A DNA stretch of 64,000 nt, from NCBI RefSeq assembly GCF_036588685.1, contig NC_086376.1, positions 9,920,001 to 9,984,000 of the forward strand, read 5' to 3'. Below are positions 26,459 through 39,700 of the stretch, piece after piece (within the stretch, counting starts at the first letter, position 1; every line of letters begins with the position of its first letter). The translations under genes and the position numbers were made by a program. This DNA is from Mytilus trossulus (lineage: Eukaryota). The notes below the pieces were generated by a model. It saw only the letters and a list, made by a program, of their open reading frames with translations. It was not told the DNA's origin and ran no database searches.

Positions 26459-29400
26459 ATGGTGCAAAAAAAATCCAAACGGGGTGTCCACTCCGGGAAC
26501 ACCCTCAGAGCATCCAATTCAAGGTGAGTCAAGGAAAAATCAATCCTGCTTTCCGCGTTATTTCGTTAGGCTATATCAAAGCATTAACGGCAAACTATAA
26601 GAACTTAGTTGAATGAAATGAAATAATAAATAAATATATAATAAATAAATAAAATCGGAAAACAAATGAATTTGAATTTTTAAGAATCTCCTTTTGCATG
26701 CACTTCACGCAATATTCCTTTTACCATATTTTATTATGATCACCAGGCGAAAATATTTATGACACGATTAACAATTTCGTTTCCAAATGTCTTTCTATCG
26801 GATTTTATTATCCATATAAAACATTTATTGTTTATGCCCCACCTACAATAGTAGAGGGGCATCATGTTTTTGGTCTGTATAACAGTCATATGTACAATAA
26901 AAGTAACTTCACTGTTTGGTAGGTGTGGGGCTAAAAAAATACCCTTGCATAAATGCGATAAGTTTGTGATTTAAAAATATTGGTTTTACATTGCAGGTTC
27001 AATCGTACATACAGTAGGAGATCTTGTCTTCTAAGAAAGTCATGGAGTCCAACAGCAATAAAAGACACCATTTTGGAAGATCTAAATATGGATAGTGATG
27101 ATGTGGTATATTCGCTCAATAAAAAGGGAAGATGGGAACTTCCGGAAATGCTGAAAAATTCCATTTTGACAGGAAGCTACAAGAACTTGAAATCAAACGT
27201 CAAGTTAATTGTCTCTCATGACATCGCAAAGAAAAGTCATACTGTTGGGTACTATTCCTCAAAAGGAAATATGAAGAAAATAGAAAGTAAAAAGAAAACT
27301 TATTTCAACGGAGAATCAGTCATAGCTCAAAGCAGAATAGACGACAAAACTGGTACACAGCCTATCCTTCAAATTGAAGTCGTTTACCCTAGTCCATCAA
27401 CATGTTCAGTAGTTCACAATCCAAAATATGTCGGGCATTATATTGATAAACCTGAAAATGGGCGTGGCCGAACAACAAAAGCCAGAAGACAAAGGGAGAA
27501 ACTCAGTGTTGGTCAATACTATGACGAATATTGCGATTCATTTCATGATATTAATGACGACGAATCCGAAACGGAAACGGAAACGGAGTTAGACGATGAA
27601 TCTGCTTCGTACCTGTACAAAAACGCTAATAAAGAAGACGTCACAAACACAGAATTATTAGAAGATATCATGATACATGCTGCTTTAATGCAAAGTTTGT
27701 GTCAAAGAAACAATATTAACTATTTTTCAAAGCAGATGATCGAATCTAAAGACAGAAAAATATATGAACCTAAGATTACGGCAGACGAAACGCCACAAAT
27801 CGAAGAACCTACAAGTGTGGCTTTAACTGAGAATAAAACAATGGAGCCTGTTTTTGTCTTGCTTCCGAAAAGAGAAGTAGAACGTTCATTGTTGAAAGAA
27901 CGATATGGCAAAAGCTATGTTGAATGTCCTTGTTTACCACGAAAGTTTCTAATCGATGTTAGCGACAGAATGAAAATGCGATTGAAAAACTTCGGATCTT
28001 TGAAAGCAGAAATCTTGAAAAATTGGGACCTGACATCCTGCGTTGTATTTACATATGATGAATATGATGTTAACAGCACAGAGACACACAGCGTATTTAG
28101 AGTATGTCTTAATATTGGAACAAACTCAGAAAAATTCAGAATTTTGACAATGTTTGACTATTACAAAGGTTGCGTAGAAGATATTTTACATAGAGCTGTG
28201 GCATTCCTAGATATGATGTCAACCGACGGATTTATAGAAAATGAAAACGTACCTTCCAAAGAATGTACATCCTCCATGAAATTTGAGAATTTGAACAATT
28301 GTCAGAAAATTAAGAAAGAAGTATCTTTTGTTACGAGAAAAACGCTATTTAAAGATATTTTCAACAACAGTTTGAGTGATAATGAGACAGTTGTTGAACT
28401 CGGTTATGAATATATTTCGTCAGAATATTGTGGAATTTGCTTTGATTTTAAAGCTGAAGGCGGAAAACCTGGAACAGCTCTTTCATCATGTGGCCATTGG
28501 TTCTGTGATGAATGTTGGATAGACCATTGCAGATCGCGTATGAATATGGGTTCTGTGAAAATAACATGTCCAGAACATGGATGCAAAGAAACCGTCGCTG
28601 AAGCTGTACTTTTAACATTTATAAACGTGTTCGAAGTAATTAGTTTAAAACGACGAGACCATGACCTTAAGTTACAGGCTTCTGACGCTAAATGGTGTCC
28701 AAATCCAAACTGTTGTAGGGTAATCACAGTAACTAATCCGGAAAAAGCGAAGGATGTAGCGTGTAAGTGTGGAACACACATTTGCTTCCAATGCTTACAA
28801 CCACCACACTGGCCAGTTCCATGTGATAAAGCACGAGCTTACTGGAAAAAATTAAAACTGCTTGGAGACGACATTGCCATATCAACATCATTCGTAGATG
28901 TCCGTGGGAAATCGTGCCCGAAGTGTAAAAGGTTCATTGAGATTCTAGGTGGTGTCTGTAGCTTTATGAGTTGTCCATGCGGAGCTTATTTCTGCTGGGA
29001 ATGTTTAGGCACGAATCAAGACGGCAACCATAAATGGACTGAAAAATGCAGACAGTGCATTAAAAAACCATTGAGAGGAACAACTACTATACAGGTTACC
29101 GAAATGGATGGTTATTCTAATGTATCAAATAGAAATAGAAGTGGAGATTACAAGAAAGCTGTTCACCATCGACAGGGTCGTCACCAACAAAAAATAAGCC
29201 AACTCAGAAAAGGTTTTCGTCAGATCATATTTAAATGTAAAAACATTGCCAAAAGAAAAGGACCACTATATTTTCAAATGTTCGATGGTACAGAAGATAA
29301 TATTTCTGTTTGTTCAGATGTAGAAGAGAAGATCATGGAGTTACTGAACAATATAGTATCGGTCTACATAGAGCTCCATCACATGGCAGAATATTGCTAC

Positions 29401-29622
29401 GTTTTTATTGATAAACTCATAAAATCCGGTATTAAATGTTCACAGCTTCGAGAAAATGTTGATATGCTTGGTTTTTTAGCCGATAGGATATTTAACATTT
29501 TAACAGATTCTGGTGACGTGAAGGACTGCCGACCACTTCTCTCATCTTTATTACAAATTCAACAAGAATCAGTAAATGTCACGAAAAACGTTTTTGCGTT
29601 CACTAAAAAGTTCACAGTATAA
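26459..29622 (+). CDS. Ariadne-like RBR E3 ubiquitin ligase, paralog 2, ~896 aa. Exons 26459-26523 and 26997-29622
   Basis: Same architecture as paralog 1. 65-nt first exon MVQKKSKRGVHSGNTLRASNS AG|gtgagt, acceptor ttgcag|GTTC. RING2 CPKC..EILGGVCSFMSCPCGAYFCWEC. Confidence 0.9.
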
Positions 29623-29754
29623 ACATGCAACTGGTGAAAGATCAATGATATAAATCAAAATTAAAACATGTAAAATTATTAAAGGATTTTTGTTTATGTT
29701 TTACTGAACAAACTTAATTAAATGAACTTGTAGTGTCGTAGTGTCGTAAAAGAC

Positions 29755-29856
29755 CAATCTAATTAAAAACCGATCTCTCATGCTCCCGTTTTCTGATATG
29801 TCGCGTGGGACATATCAGAAAACGGGAGCATGAGAGATCGGTTTTTAATTAGATTG
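29755..29856. repeat. Perfect 102-bp palindrome (48-bp arms, 6-nt loop)
   Basis: caatctaattaaaaaccgatctctcatgctcccgttttctgatatgtc - gcgtgg - exact reverse complement. Confidence 0.95.
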
Positions 29857-30719
29857 ATCCGTATGCAACCGGATTTGACGGTACTATGATTTGTGGTGGC
29901 ATTACACCTTTATCATTGCTAATGTAATGTCTGTTTTTAATTCTATATAAAATTTTCTTGGAAACTCTGATTTTCATTCGTTCCACCGTCAACGATTTGG
30001 ACAATGGTACCATTCCGCTATTGTTTGATGCTAAGGAAATCACTTGATAAAACTTATCTAACATATTTATTGGAGTAACCGACGGGTGTCACATGTGGAG
30101 CAAGATCTCTTTCCATACCTTTCCGGAGCACCTGAAATCACACTCAGTTTATGACTACGTTTGTGTCGCTCAGTCTTCAGTTGTCTCTACAAATTTATGT
30201 GTACATGTGTTGTTATTTGTATTTTTGTCGTTTTTCGTTTTTTGTTGTTGCCAAGGCATCGTCAGAGTGATGACTATTTTTTGGTATACATTTTTGCTAC
30301 TTTTTTTTCGATCAGTTGACGCAAGTATGTATTCATAAAAACGGTGTGGAAGAGGTATCCATGAGTGAACATACCAAATTATCTTGAAAAATACTCACAA
30401 ATTGCAATGTGAGACTCACCACTCCTAAAACAATTCAGGTGCACCAATGAAGAGCTAAATGCAATGGCTTCATATCGTTGTCAAAACCATCAATGAAATA
30501 TTCGGGAAAACGTTAACTTGCCGATAATGAACGTCACATTGTCTGATGACGTCGACAAAACACAATATTATGACGTCGAACTAACGACAATCGCAAGAAA
30601 AGTGCCGTCCAGAAACAAATAATCCACGCACTTGTGAAAATCGATGGATTGCTATTTGGCCGACTGACAACACTATAAGCTATAGAAGGTAAATCAAGCA
30701 GAGTAATCTAAGATTCATA

Positions 30720-33700
30720 ATGTCAAAAGACATTTTAGGCACTTGTTCTCAAGTTCTCAAAATTCTTTCAGAACATGTTTCATCTGATAATGAAATCAGC
30801 AAAACTTTATCGCCGGAAAATGAAAACGGACTTGGCACAAATCAAACAAATTCGGCTAATTTAACACAGAAGGTTGGAAGGGGTATTGCAACAGTTCAAA
30901 CAGTTGTATGTCATTCACCCGAACCTGTAGACAAAATGCCGATACTTGCAAATGCGCTGAATATTGCGACACCATTTCAAGCCATAAATCCTCAGGAATG
31001 TCAGAAAACAGAGATTTTCTTTATGTCGGCAGATGGATCTATAAAAAGAAGATTTTTACCAGAAGATCTACCAGCAAAGAGAAGGCATCCTGCACCAACT
31101 CTCATGCCAGGTATATATGTTATTGAGTTTAAACAAAAAAAATCTTTATAAGAATATTTGACATTAAAGCGGTTAAGAATATGCCTCTCCAATACATGAT
31201 TATACATTTGCCTAGAACATGAAATAATATAATTTAAGTTTAAACATCATATAAAATTAAATGGCAGCATTCATTTTGCGGCACGACTGATATAATAGTA
31301 AGAATACAATTTGCGCTCAAATTTATTTTCGAAAAAAATGTGCAAGAAAATGTTTGATTGATAGAGGGTTGTTGAGATTGATATACGCCACATTCGACAC
31401 TCTTTGCTCAACAATTTTTGTTGTCAAAGTACCGCCAGACTTTAAGAGAGGAAAGATGTTATGCCACCTACAACAGGTGGGACTCGAACTTGTACAATCT
31501 CAATATTTACAGGTTACATATGCAGATAGTGGTTCCTGTATAGATAAACTAATTTACCCACTTCATCACCGATGTCCCGCGCTTGAATATTGAATTCAGT
31601 TGCGCCAATTTTATTTGCGTACAAAGTCAGTGTAATAAACTTTGAATAATTGATTACCTTTTTTTCTGAATGCCTTTTCTGAACTCGGCAAAATGAACTA
31701 TTTTAGAATGTTTATGATAACTCAAACGAAAAATATCAACAGTAACATTTTTCTTACACATGCGCTAACTAGCTGAAGGTATTCGGCAATTTACGATAGT
31801 AATTATTTAATTCGACTGTCTGTTGTTAAAAGTGTGAGGGTAGCTTTTCGAGTGCAATTTAGACCCTCCTATCGTGTATCACACATAACAAATCGTTTGC
31901 CATCTGGTAACTAAAACATAAATCGGAGTACTTGTACAAGCCCGTCTTTTCCTGGATGTGAACTATCAAATGAGACTTGTCATCAATTTGTAATTACATA
32001 AGAAACACGATGAGTGACTTGTCTTTGTCAATTGCAATAAGAATAAGAACAAGAATAAAATAAATGAAGTTTTAAAGAAAAGTAAAATAACTTTTCAGAT
32101 AAAACTATGACACTTAGTATTTGGCTATAAAATTTCCGAGGAAGAATATTTTGACTTAAACTATTTTTTAACAATTGTGGGGTTTTCAATTTACAAAGCC
32201 TACTACATATCTGATCAAAAGACAAAAAATGTCAATGTTTTCTCAATTTTTCTCAGTGAGTTCAATAAAAGAGTATGTTTGAAAATTAAAAGTAATGTTA
32301 AAGCAACTATTAGAAAACATATGAATAGTCATATTATGTGATTAAGAGATATTATCTAATATATATATGATGTAAAAAATGTAATATGTATTTTGCAACT
32401 AATCACTAACCTGAGTGATTAGTGTATTGTAACAGGGAAAATCAGGAGGAACTTGGACTCCTGAATGATATTGTAACAAGCCAATATTTGAAATAAATAT
32501 TTATTTATGTTGTTAAAAAAAAAAAAAAAAGAATAAGATTTCTTTTATGTTTTAATAGATACAATAAAATGCTTCGCTGAGCGCAGCCTGATATGACAGC
32601 AGAGGTTGAACCCTGAACAGTTAGGGCAAAGGAAAAGGGGCTATAAAGGCTAATATTGGCCTCAATTTCGAATTTTTTTTTAATTCTACTTATTGGACAA
32701 AATATTCAAGCTTGATACGGTCTGAATTTGGATTGTGATAAAAAATTTGACAAAACATAGTATTTTGACTCAAAAGTTTAACAAATGTCAAAATCTTACA
32801 AATATATTACGCAATACTGTGCAATTAAAGATTTGTTCTTGAAACTTTTCAAAAATTTGAAATTTGGGAAATTTTGAAAAAGAAAATTGAACCCCTTAAA
32901 TAATTTGGAACCAAAACTTTATGACCCCCCCCCCTTTTGGAGCAATTACCCCATAAATCGATCCCAGCATTTCCATTGTAGTATGGAACCTTGGTACAAT
33001 TTGAGAGAGATCCATTCACTTAAACACTAGTTATTGTCGGGGAAACTAGTACAATGCTTGTTTTAGCACTTTTTTGCCCCTTATTCCTGCATGAATAAGG
33101 CAATATCCCCCAAACTCAATCCCAGCCTTCCTTTTGTGATGTGGTACAATATCAGAGAAATCCATACTCTTACACACAAGTTATTGTCCAGGAACTACAA
33201 AAATGATTGTTTTGGCCCCTTTTTGACCCTTCATTCCTAAACTGTTGGCACCATAACCCCCAAAATGAACTCAAACCTTCTACTTGTGGTATTAAATACA
33301 ATTAAAATACTTATACACGAGTTATTATCCTGAAAGTAGAAAAAATGCTTGTTTTGGGACCTTTACCAAAATTTCTAAACGGATAGGACCATCATCCGCA
33401 AAATAAACCCCAACCTTTCTTTTGCGGTATTGAACCTTCTTGTTGAATTTCAAAAAGACCCGTTCATGAAAACTAACGTTATCGTCCGGACATCAAATGT
33501 GTCTTCGGACGACGCAGACGACGACATCATACCATTATGCGATCCCAAACAATGTTTTGCGGTCGTATCAAAAAACAAAGAAGAATTAACATTAAGACGA
33601 GACACACAGATCAGGGGCGGATCCAGCCATTTTTAAAAGGGGGGTCCCAACCCAGGGCAAAAAGGGGGTTCCAACCACATGTCCCCATTCAAATGCATTG

Positions 33701-36700
33701 ATTGGCCCCCAAAAAGGGGGGTTCCTACCCCCGGACCAATCCGCCACTGCAAATTACTGATCTGAGAGTATTCCAAGTTATAAAAGTTAGTTCAAAGACA
33801 ATTTACTTGTAACTTAAATTGATTTCGTATACATTTTCACGTTTATTAGGTACTGGGATACCGTATAGAACACCTGGTCAAAGTTCACGGAATAAGAATG
33901 GTAAGATTAAACGTCCAATGAATGCCTTCATGATATGGGCAAGAACAGCAAGAGGAAAGCTGGCTGAAGAAACCCCAAACGCATCAAATGCTGAAATAAG
34001 TGTCAAATTGGGAGAGTTGTGGAGTCATTTGGCAAAGGAAGAGAAGCAGAAATACTACATGGAAGCAGAAAGGGTAAAAGCAAGACATAGACAAGACTTC
34101 CCAGGTTCGCAGTATTACAATTCTCTCACAAAAGTACCAATGAAAATTACAGATATATAGTACTATTTTTAACCCTGCATCAAATGATAAAAACTATTCA
34201 CAAAAAAACAATTTTTACATCATTTTCCATAAAATCATCGATACACTAATTTATTTCTGTCAACTTTACATTTGATATATTGACTGTGAGAGGAAGAAAA
34301 ACAATAAAAGCGATTCTCCTATGGTACTCAGTGGGGTTTTCATGTGAATGATATTTTATACACCATCTTCTTTTCCCCCAACAAGCTAGTGCTTCAAAAT
34401 TTGTGAAAATCAATAAAATTTTAGGCGATGATGTGTGCTAGGATTGAGTTAAAACAATTCTAGACTAGACTATTGGAATATTTCATAGAAATCCGTATTA
34501 TCGAATCTAAATAATGTTTGCCATACAGTAGGTTTGATTTTTTTATGAGGGGGAGGTGGGGAGTTCATAGGTTTAAATTATTTTCTAGATGCTATCATGG
34601 TTTATAATCATTAAAAAAAATATTTCAAAAAAGGATGGCTATAAAGATGTTGTAAAAACAACCGCGAGGATAAGTTTAACAGAAGAAAAAAAACTAAAAT
34701 AGATTTCAATTCAATATTCATCAAACCATTTTCTGTACAATAACTTCATATCTTTAAGTGCTAGGTGAATAAGCATGCATAACTCTTTATTTCATATTAA
34801 TCAAATTAATTCTTAAATCGATTCTATTATGATTCAAAATTGCCATTCAATTTCTTATAATCTTTGAAAAAATGTTTGCTCTTTTAAATAGTTAACAGTT
34901 TTTACTGTGGCATAATGCTTATCCCTTTCAAAATCTAAACCATTTAAAACTGACGGGTGGTTCCATACAAAGAGTAAACGAAATACGAAGATACCCAACA
35001 GAAAAAAAAGAACATTTGAAAGCCGTTTTGATTTGTTTAAAAATTGGACCTTGATTTGATTTATTTTGTTCTTTAACGAATCAGAATTCAATTATTCTAG
35101 ATTGGATTTATCAACCAGAGCCATCAACAAAGAAAGGCGTTGAGGAATGTGGTACCACTCTCAATCACAGACAGCTATGGAGTAAATATAACGAAAGTCG
35201 ACCAAAAATGGCTCCAAGTCAGATTGCACCGACACCTCAAGGACCTTTCATTAACTTTATTGGACAACAAAACAGACCAATATTACCCCGCAATGTAATG
35301 CCTATTCAACCTGTAACAATGCTACCTCAAGGTAACCAGTTTGTCTGTCCGCCAGGACTACGAATCGTTCAACCAATGCAATATCCCATGTATGGACAGC
35401 AATTCCAGCCGAGGAATTTCTTGAATGGTATGTTAATTATATTTACCTGTCCTCTATACAGCAACACGTATTACTATGATCAATTATATATACATCTCAG
35501 CAATAACCAGCCATCTTTATATACGCAAGACTGAATATCATATCACATTTTTATTCAACTGTATTTATCATTTAGGGCATTTTATACTAGTAATCATACA
35601 TAAAAATCAGTTACTAAAATATTTGGGTCTAATCAGTATATATATATGTTACAGGCATTTTCTAGATTTAGGCATTTTGTAACATATACATCCATATAAG
35701 ACTTGAGATTATTATATATTATTTTTTTATTCATGCTTAGGAAATCAGATTCCTTATCAAGACGTCCCAAGATTACAAACAGCAGGAATACCCGACTACA
35801 ATGCCGTACAAAATGTCACAATAATACACCCCAAGCCATTTCCAGTTCAAATACCAGCTCCAAGAGGAAGGCCGCCTGTTGTCACTGAAAGACTTAAAGG
35901 TATGTTTAGTTAGAATGACTATAGATATCATGATCATCATTTAACATGTATTACTTAAAACAATGACTCGGGAAAGTAAGGTCTAGACCAAAATAACGAA
36001 AAGTCAACATTGACCAATAAATCATAAACAAATTCAGTTGCACACTTTCGGATGGACATGGTCATTCATGATTACCTTTTTTTTTAAAATTAGGACATGT
36101 GATGTCATTGACAATGAGATAACTATCTATCAGAGACCAAATGAAGCGGATTCAAGCAAATAAAGGTAACCGTACGACCTTCAACAATGAGCATATACCG
36201 TATATTCAACGGAAAACGGGCTCGACATGTTAACATATTAAAGAATATATGAAAGAAAAAAATGGGCTGATTTATGCATAACAATAAGCGAAAAACATTT
36301 GCACCTGTCCTAAGTCAGGAATCTGATGTACAGTAGTTGTCGTTTGTTTATGTAATATATACGTGTTTCTCGTTTCTCGTTTTGTTTATATAGATTAGAC
36401 CGTTGGTTTTCCCGTTTGAATGGTTTTACACTAGTAATTTTGGGGCCCTTTATAGCTTGTTGTTCGGTGTGAGCCAAGGCTCCGTGTTGAAGGCCGTACT
36501 TTATAACCTATAATGGTTTAATTTTTAAATTGTTATTTGGATGGAGAGTTGTCTCATTGGCACTCACACCACATCTTCCTATATCTATGAAATTAGCAAC
36601 CAACGACAAACACTGAATTACAAATTCCTGACTTGGAACAGGCATATACATGGAAACTGGTAAAGTTAACCATTAATTTCTCTAAACAAATTATTTTGTA

Positions 36701-39700
36701 TATCACTATAAAATTTTAACAGACGTATACACCTTACAATCATTTTCAGTGGTAAACGAACTTGACTAAGAAATTGAGTTCAAGGACGACAGACATATGC
36801 CAGAAACTTCAGACCATGGCATGAGTCATTTGTATTTTAGATGTGGATTATTCAGTTTATCTACCTTATGTTCTGTGCTGCGATATTCTTCGCAGACGAG
36901 ATAATGTAACAAAAGTTATATACTAGTATATGCGAGGAATACTTGTGACAGTTGTGTTCATGCCCTGTGACAGTGAGCTGAATTACCGATTTTTGGCTAT
37001 ATCGTCTATCAATGAGTATTATTTATTTCTGCATTACATACTACACTAAATAATTCATGCTTTTCTTGCACACATATATCATTTTTATGAATTCAGCTGT
37101 CCCAGCAAACTTACAGGCAAAGATTCAAGCTGAAGCAGCAGGGAAAACAGATCATCATCCTATCGTATTGGAAAGCAAAGACTGTAATGCAACGGAAAAG
37201 AATGAAAAGACAAATAAAGAATGCAAGAAAGATACACCAGAAACATCTGATAATGGAAACAATGACAAGCCAGTAGAGGATAAGGAGCAAAAGACAAAGA
37301 AAGCACAAAGGACACGAAAAAAAGACAATGATAATAAAAAATCGTAAGACATTTGCATGTTAACATTTATACCATATGTGATATACTTAGCAACCATCCT
37401 TAGAACTATTCGTTCGACCTATTTTACAGAACTATTCAATTACCATGGAATCGGTTCAATCCCACATCTAGTTTCAATTGGTGTTATTTATATCTTTTGA
37501 TAAATACTAGCCTATGTATCTCATCTGTCAGTATTTTTTAAAAGGAGTTGTTTTTTCTCACTTATATGCCAAAACGGCAATCTTTTGCAAAATAGTCATG
37601 TAGATTTTTCTTTAAATAAATGGATTAGAATGATGATCTTCAATCTACAACCTGTGATTGATGTAGCAGAGTATCATAAGAAGTAACGGATTCTGAAAAA
37701 AAAAGTAATCAAAATAGCTTGCAGTGTGTTTATATCCTTTCCCTTAGACAATATGTATATTAGTTAATTGAAATGTTAGTTAAAGAAAACGCATGATTGC
37801 ACCAAACAACATTGCATTTTGTTTTTAATAAAATATGGTTCTAGATCTTCAAAGAAATCAAAGAAAGCAGACCAAAGTAACACCTTAGACACAGACAAGA
37901 CTACCGATGATGATTCAGAACTTGCCTCTACCACTCTTCCCGGAAGTACGACACAGCTGAGAGAGGAACATCCAGAAGACTTTTGGCCATTCCCATTCCC
38001 ACCAGCAGAGCAGGAATCTCACGTGGACGATATGTTTGAGGGTAATAACTTCTTATGAAATTTTATATTTCCAACAATTTTGACAAATGAATGAACGAGC
38101 TTGTTATAAAACCAAGAAGATACTGCAACATGAAAGAAATCTAGTTGCAGTCCAATCATTTACAGCTAATTTTAGTACCAGACACATTCCATTGTCATAA
38201 AACCGGTTTAAGTAGAATTTATTTCATATCAAGTTATGATTTTTTTTTCAAGCTATTATGGTTTTACTCATTTTGTGATATATTATAATCGGAATAGCAA
38301 TACGGTTATTAAAGGGTTTTTGTACTGTTGTCTCTGTTTCTATTAATAACAGTACTTTACCTTACCTTTCAGGTCCAATCGATGATACCATAGTAGAAAG
38401 AGATCCATATAATACCTACTTCTGTAGAGAGAAGGAAAAGGGAGAAGACGATAAACTAAATGTAGATGTCTCTAGGTAAGAACCTCTTCAGTAGCATAAA
38501 CATTGTACCTACTTCTTTAGAGAAAAGGAAAAGGGGAAGACGATAAACTACATGTAGATGTCTCTAGGTAAGAACCTCTTCAGTAGCATAAACATTGTAC
38601 CTACTTCTTTAGAGAAAAGGAAAAGGAGGAAGACGATAAACTAAATGTTGATGTCTCTAGGTAAGAACCTCTTCAGTAGCATAAACATTGTACCTACTTC
38701 TTTAGAGAAAAGGAAAAGGGGGAAGACGATAAACTAAATGTTGATGTCTCTATGTAAGAACCTCTTCAGTAGCATATACATTGTACCTACTTCTGTTGAG
38801 AAAAAGAAAAGGGGGAAGACGATAAACTTAATGTAGATGTCTCTAGGTAAGAACCTCTTCAGTAGCATATACATTATACCTACTTCTGTAAAGAAAAAGA
38901 AAAGGGAGAAGACGATAAACTAAATGTTGATGTCTCTAGGTAAGAACCTCTTCAGTAGCATATACATTATACCTACTTCTGTAGAGAAAAAGAAAAGGGA
39001 AAAGACGATAAACTTAATGTAGATGTCTCTAAGTAAGAACCTCTTCAGTAGCATATACATTGTACCTACTTCTGTTGAGAAAAAGAAAAGGGGGAAGACG
39101 ATAAACTACATGTTGATGTCTCTAGGTAAGAACCTCTTCAGTAGCATAAACATTACCTACTTCTTTAGAGAAAAGGAAAAGGGGGAAGACGATAAACTAA
39201 ATGTTGATGTCTCTAGGTAAGAACCTCTTCAGTAGCATAAACATTGTACCTACTTCTTTAGAGAAAAGGAAAAGGGGGAAGACGATAAACTAAACGTTGA
39301 TGTCTCTGGGTAAGAACCTCTTCAGTAGCATATACATTGTACCTACTTCTGTTGAGAAAAAGAAAAGGGGGAAGACGATAAACTTAATGTAGATGTCTCT
39401 AGGTAAGAACCTCTTCAGTAGCATAAACATTGTACCTACTTCTTTAGAGAAAAAGAAAAGGGAGAAGACGATAAACTACATGTTGATGTCTCTAGGTAAG
39501 AACCTCTTCAGTAGCATATTCATTGTACCTACTTCTGTTGAGAAAAGGAAAAAGGGGAAGACGATAAACTAAATGTTGATGTCTCTAGGTAAGAACCTCT
39601 TCAGTAGCATAAACATTGTACCTACTTCTTTAGAGAAAAAGAAAAGGGAGAAGACGATAAACTACATGTTGATGTCTCTAGGTAAGAACCTCTTCAGTAG

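Noticed and set aside
16480-29730. RBR pair as an uncollapsed haplotype artefact
   Set aside because: Introns are non-homologous and RING2 is strongly diverged, beyond what allelic variation would explain.
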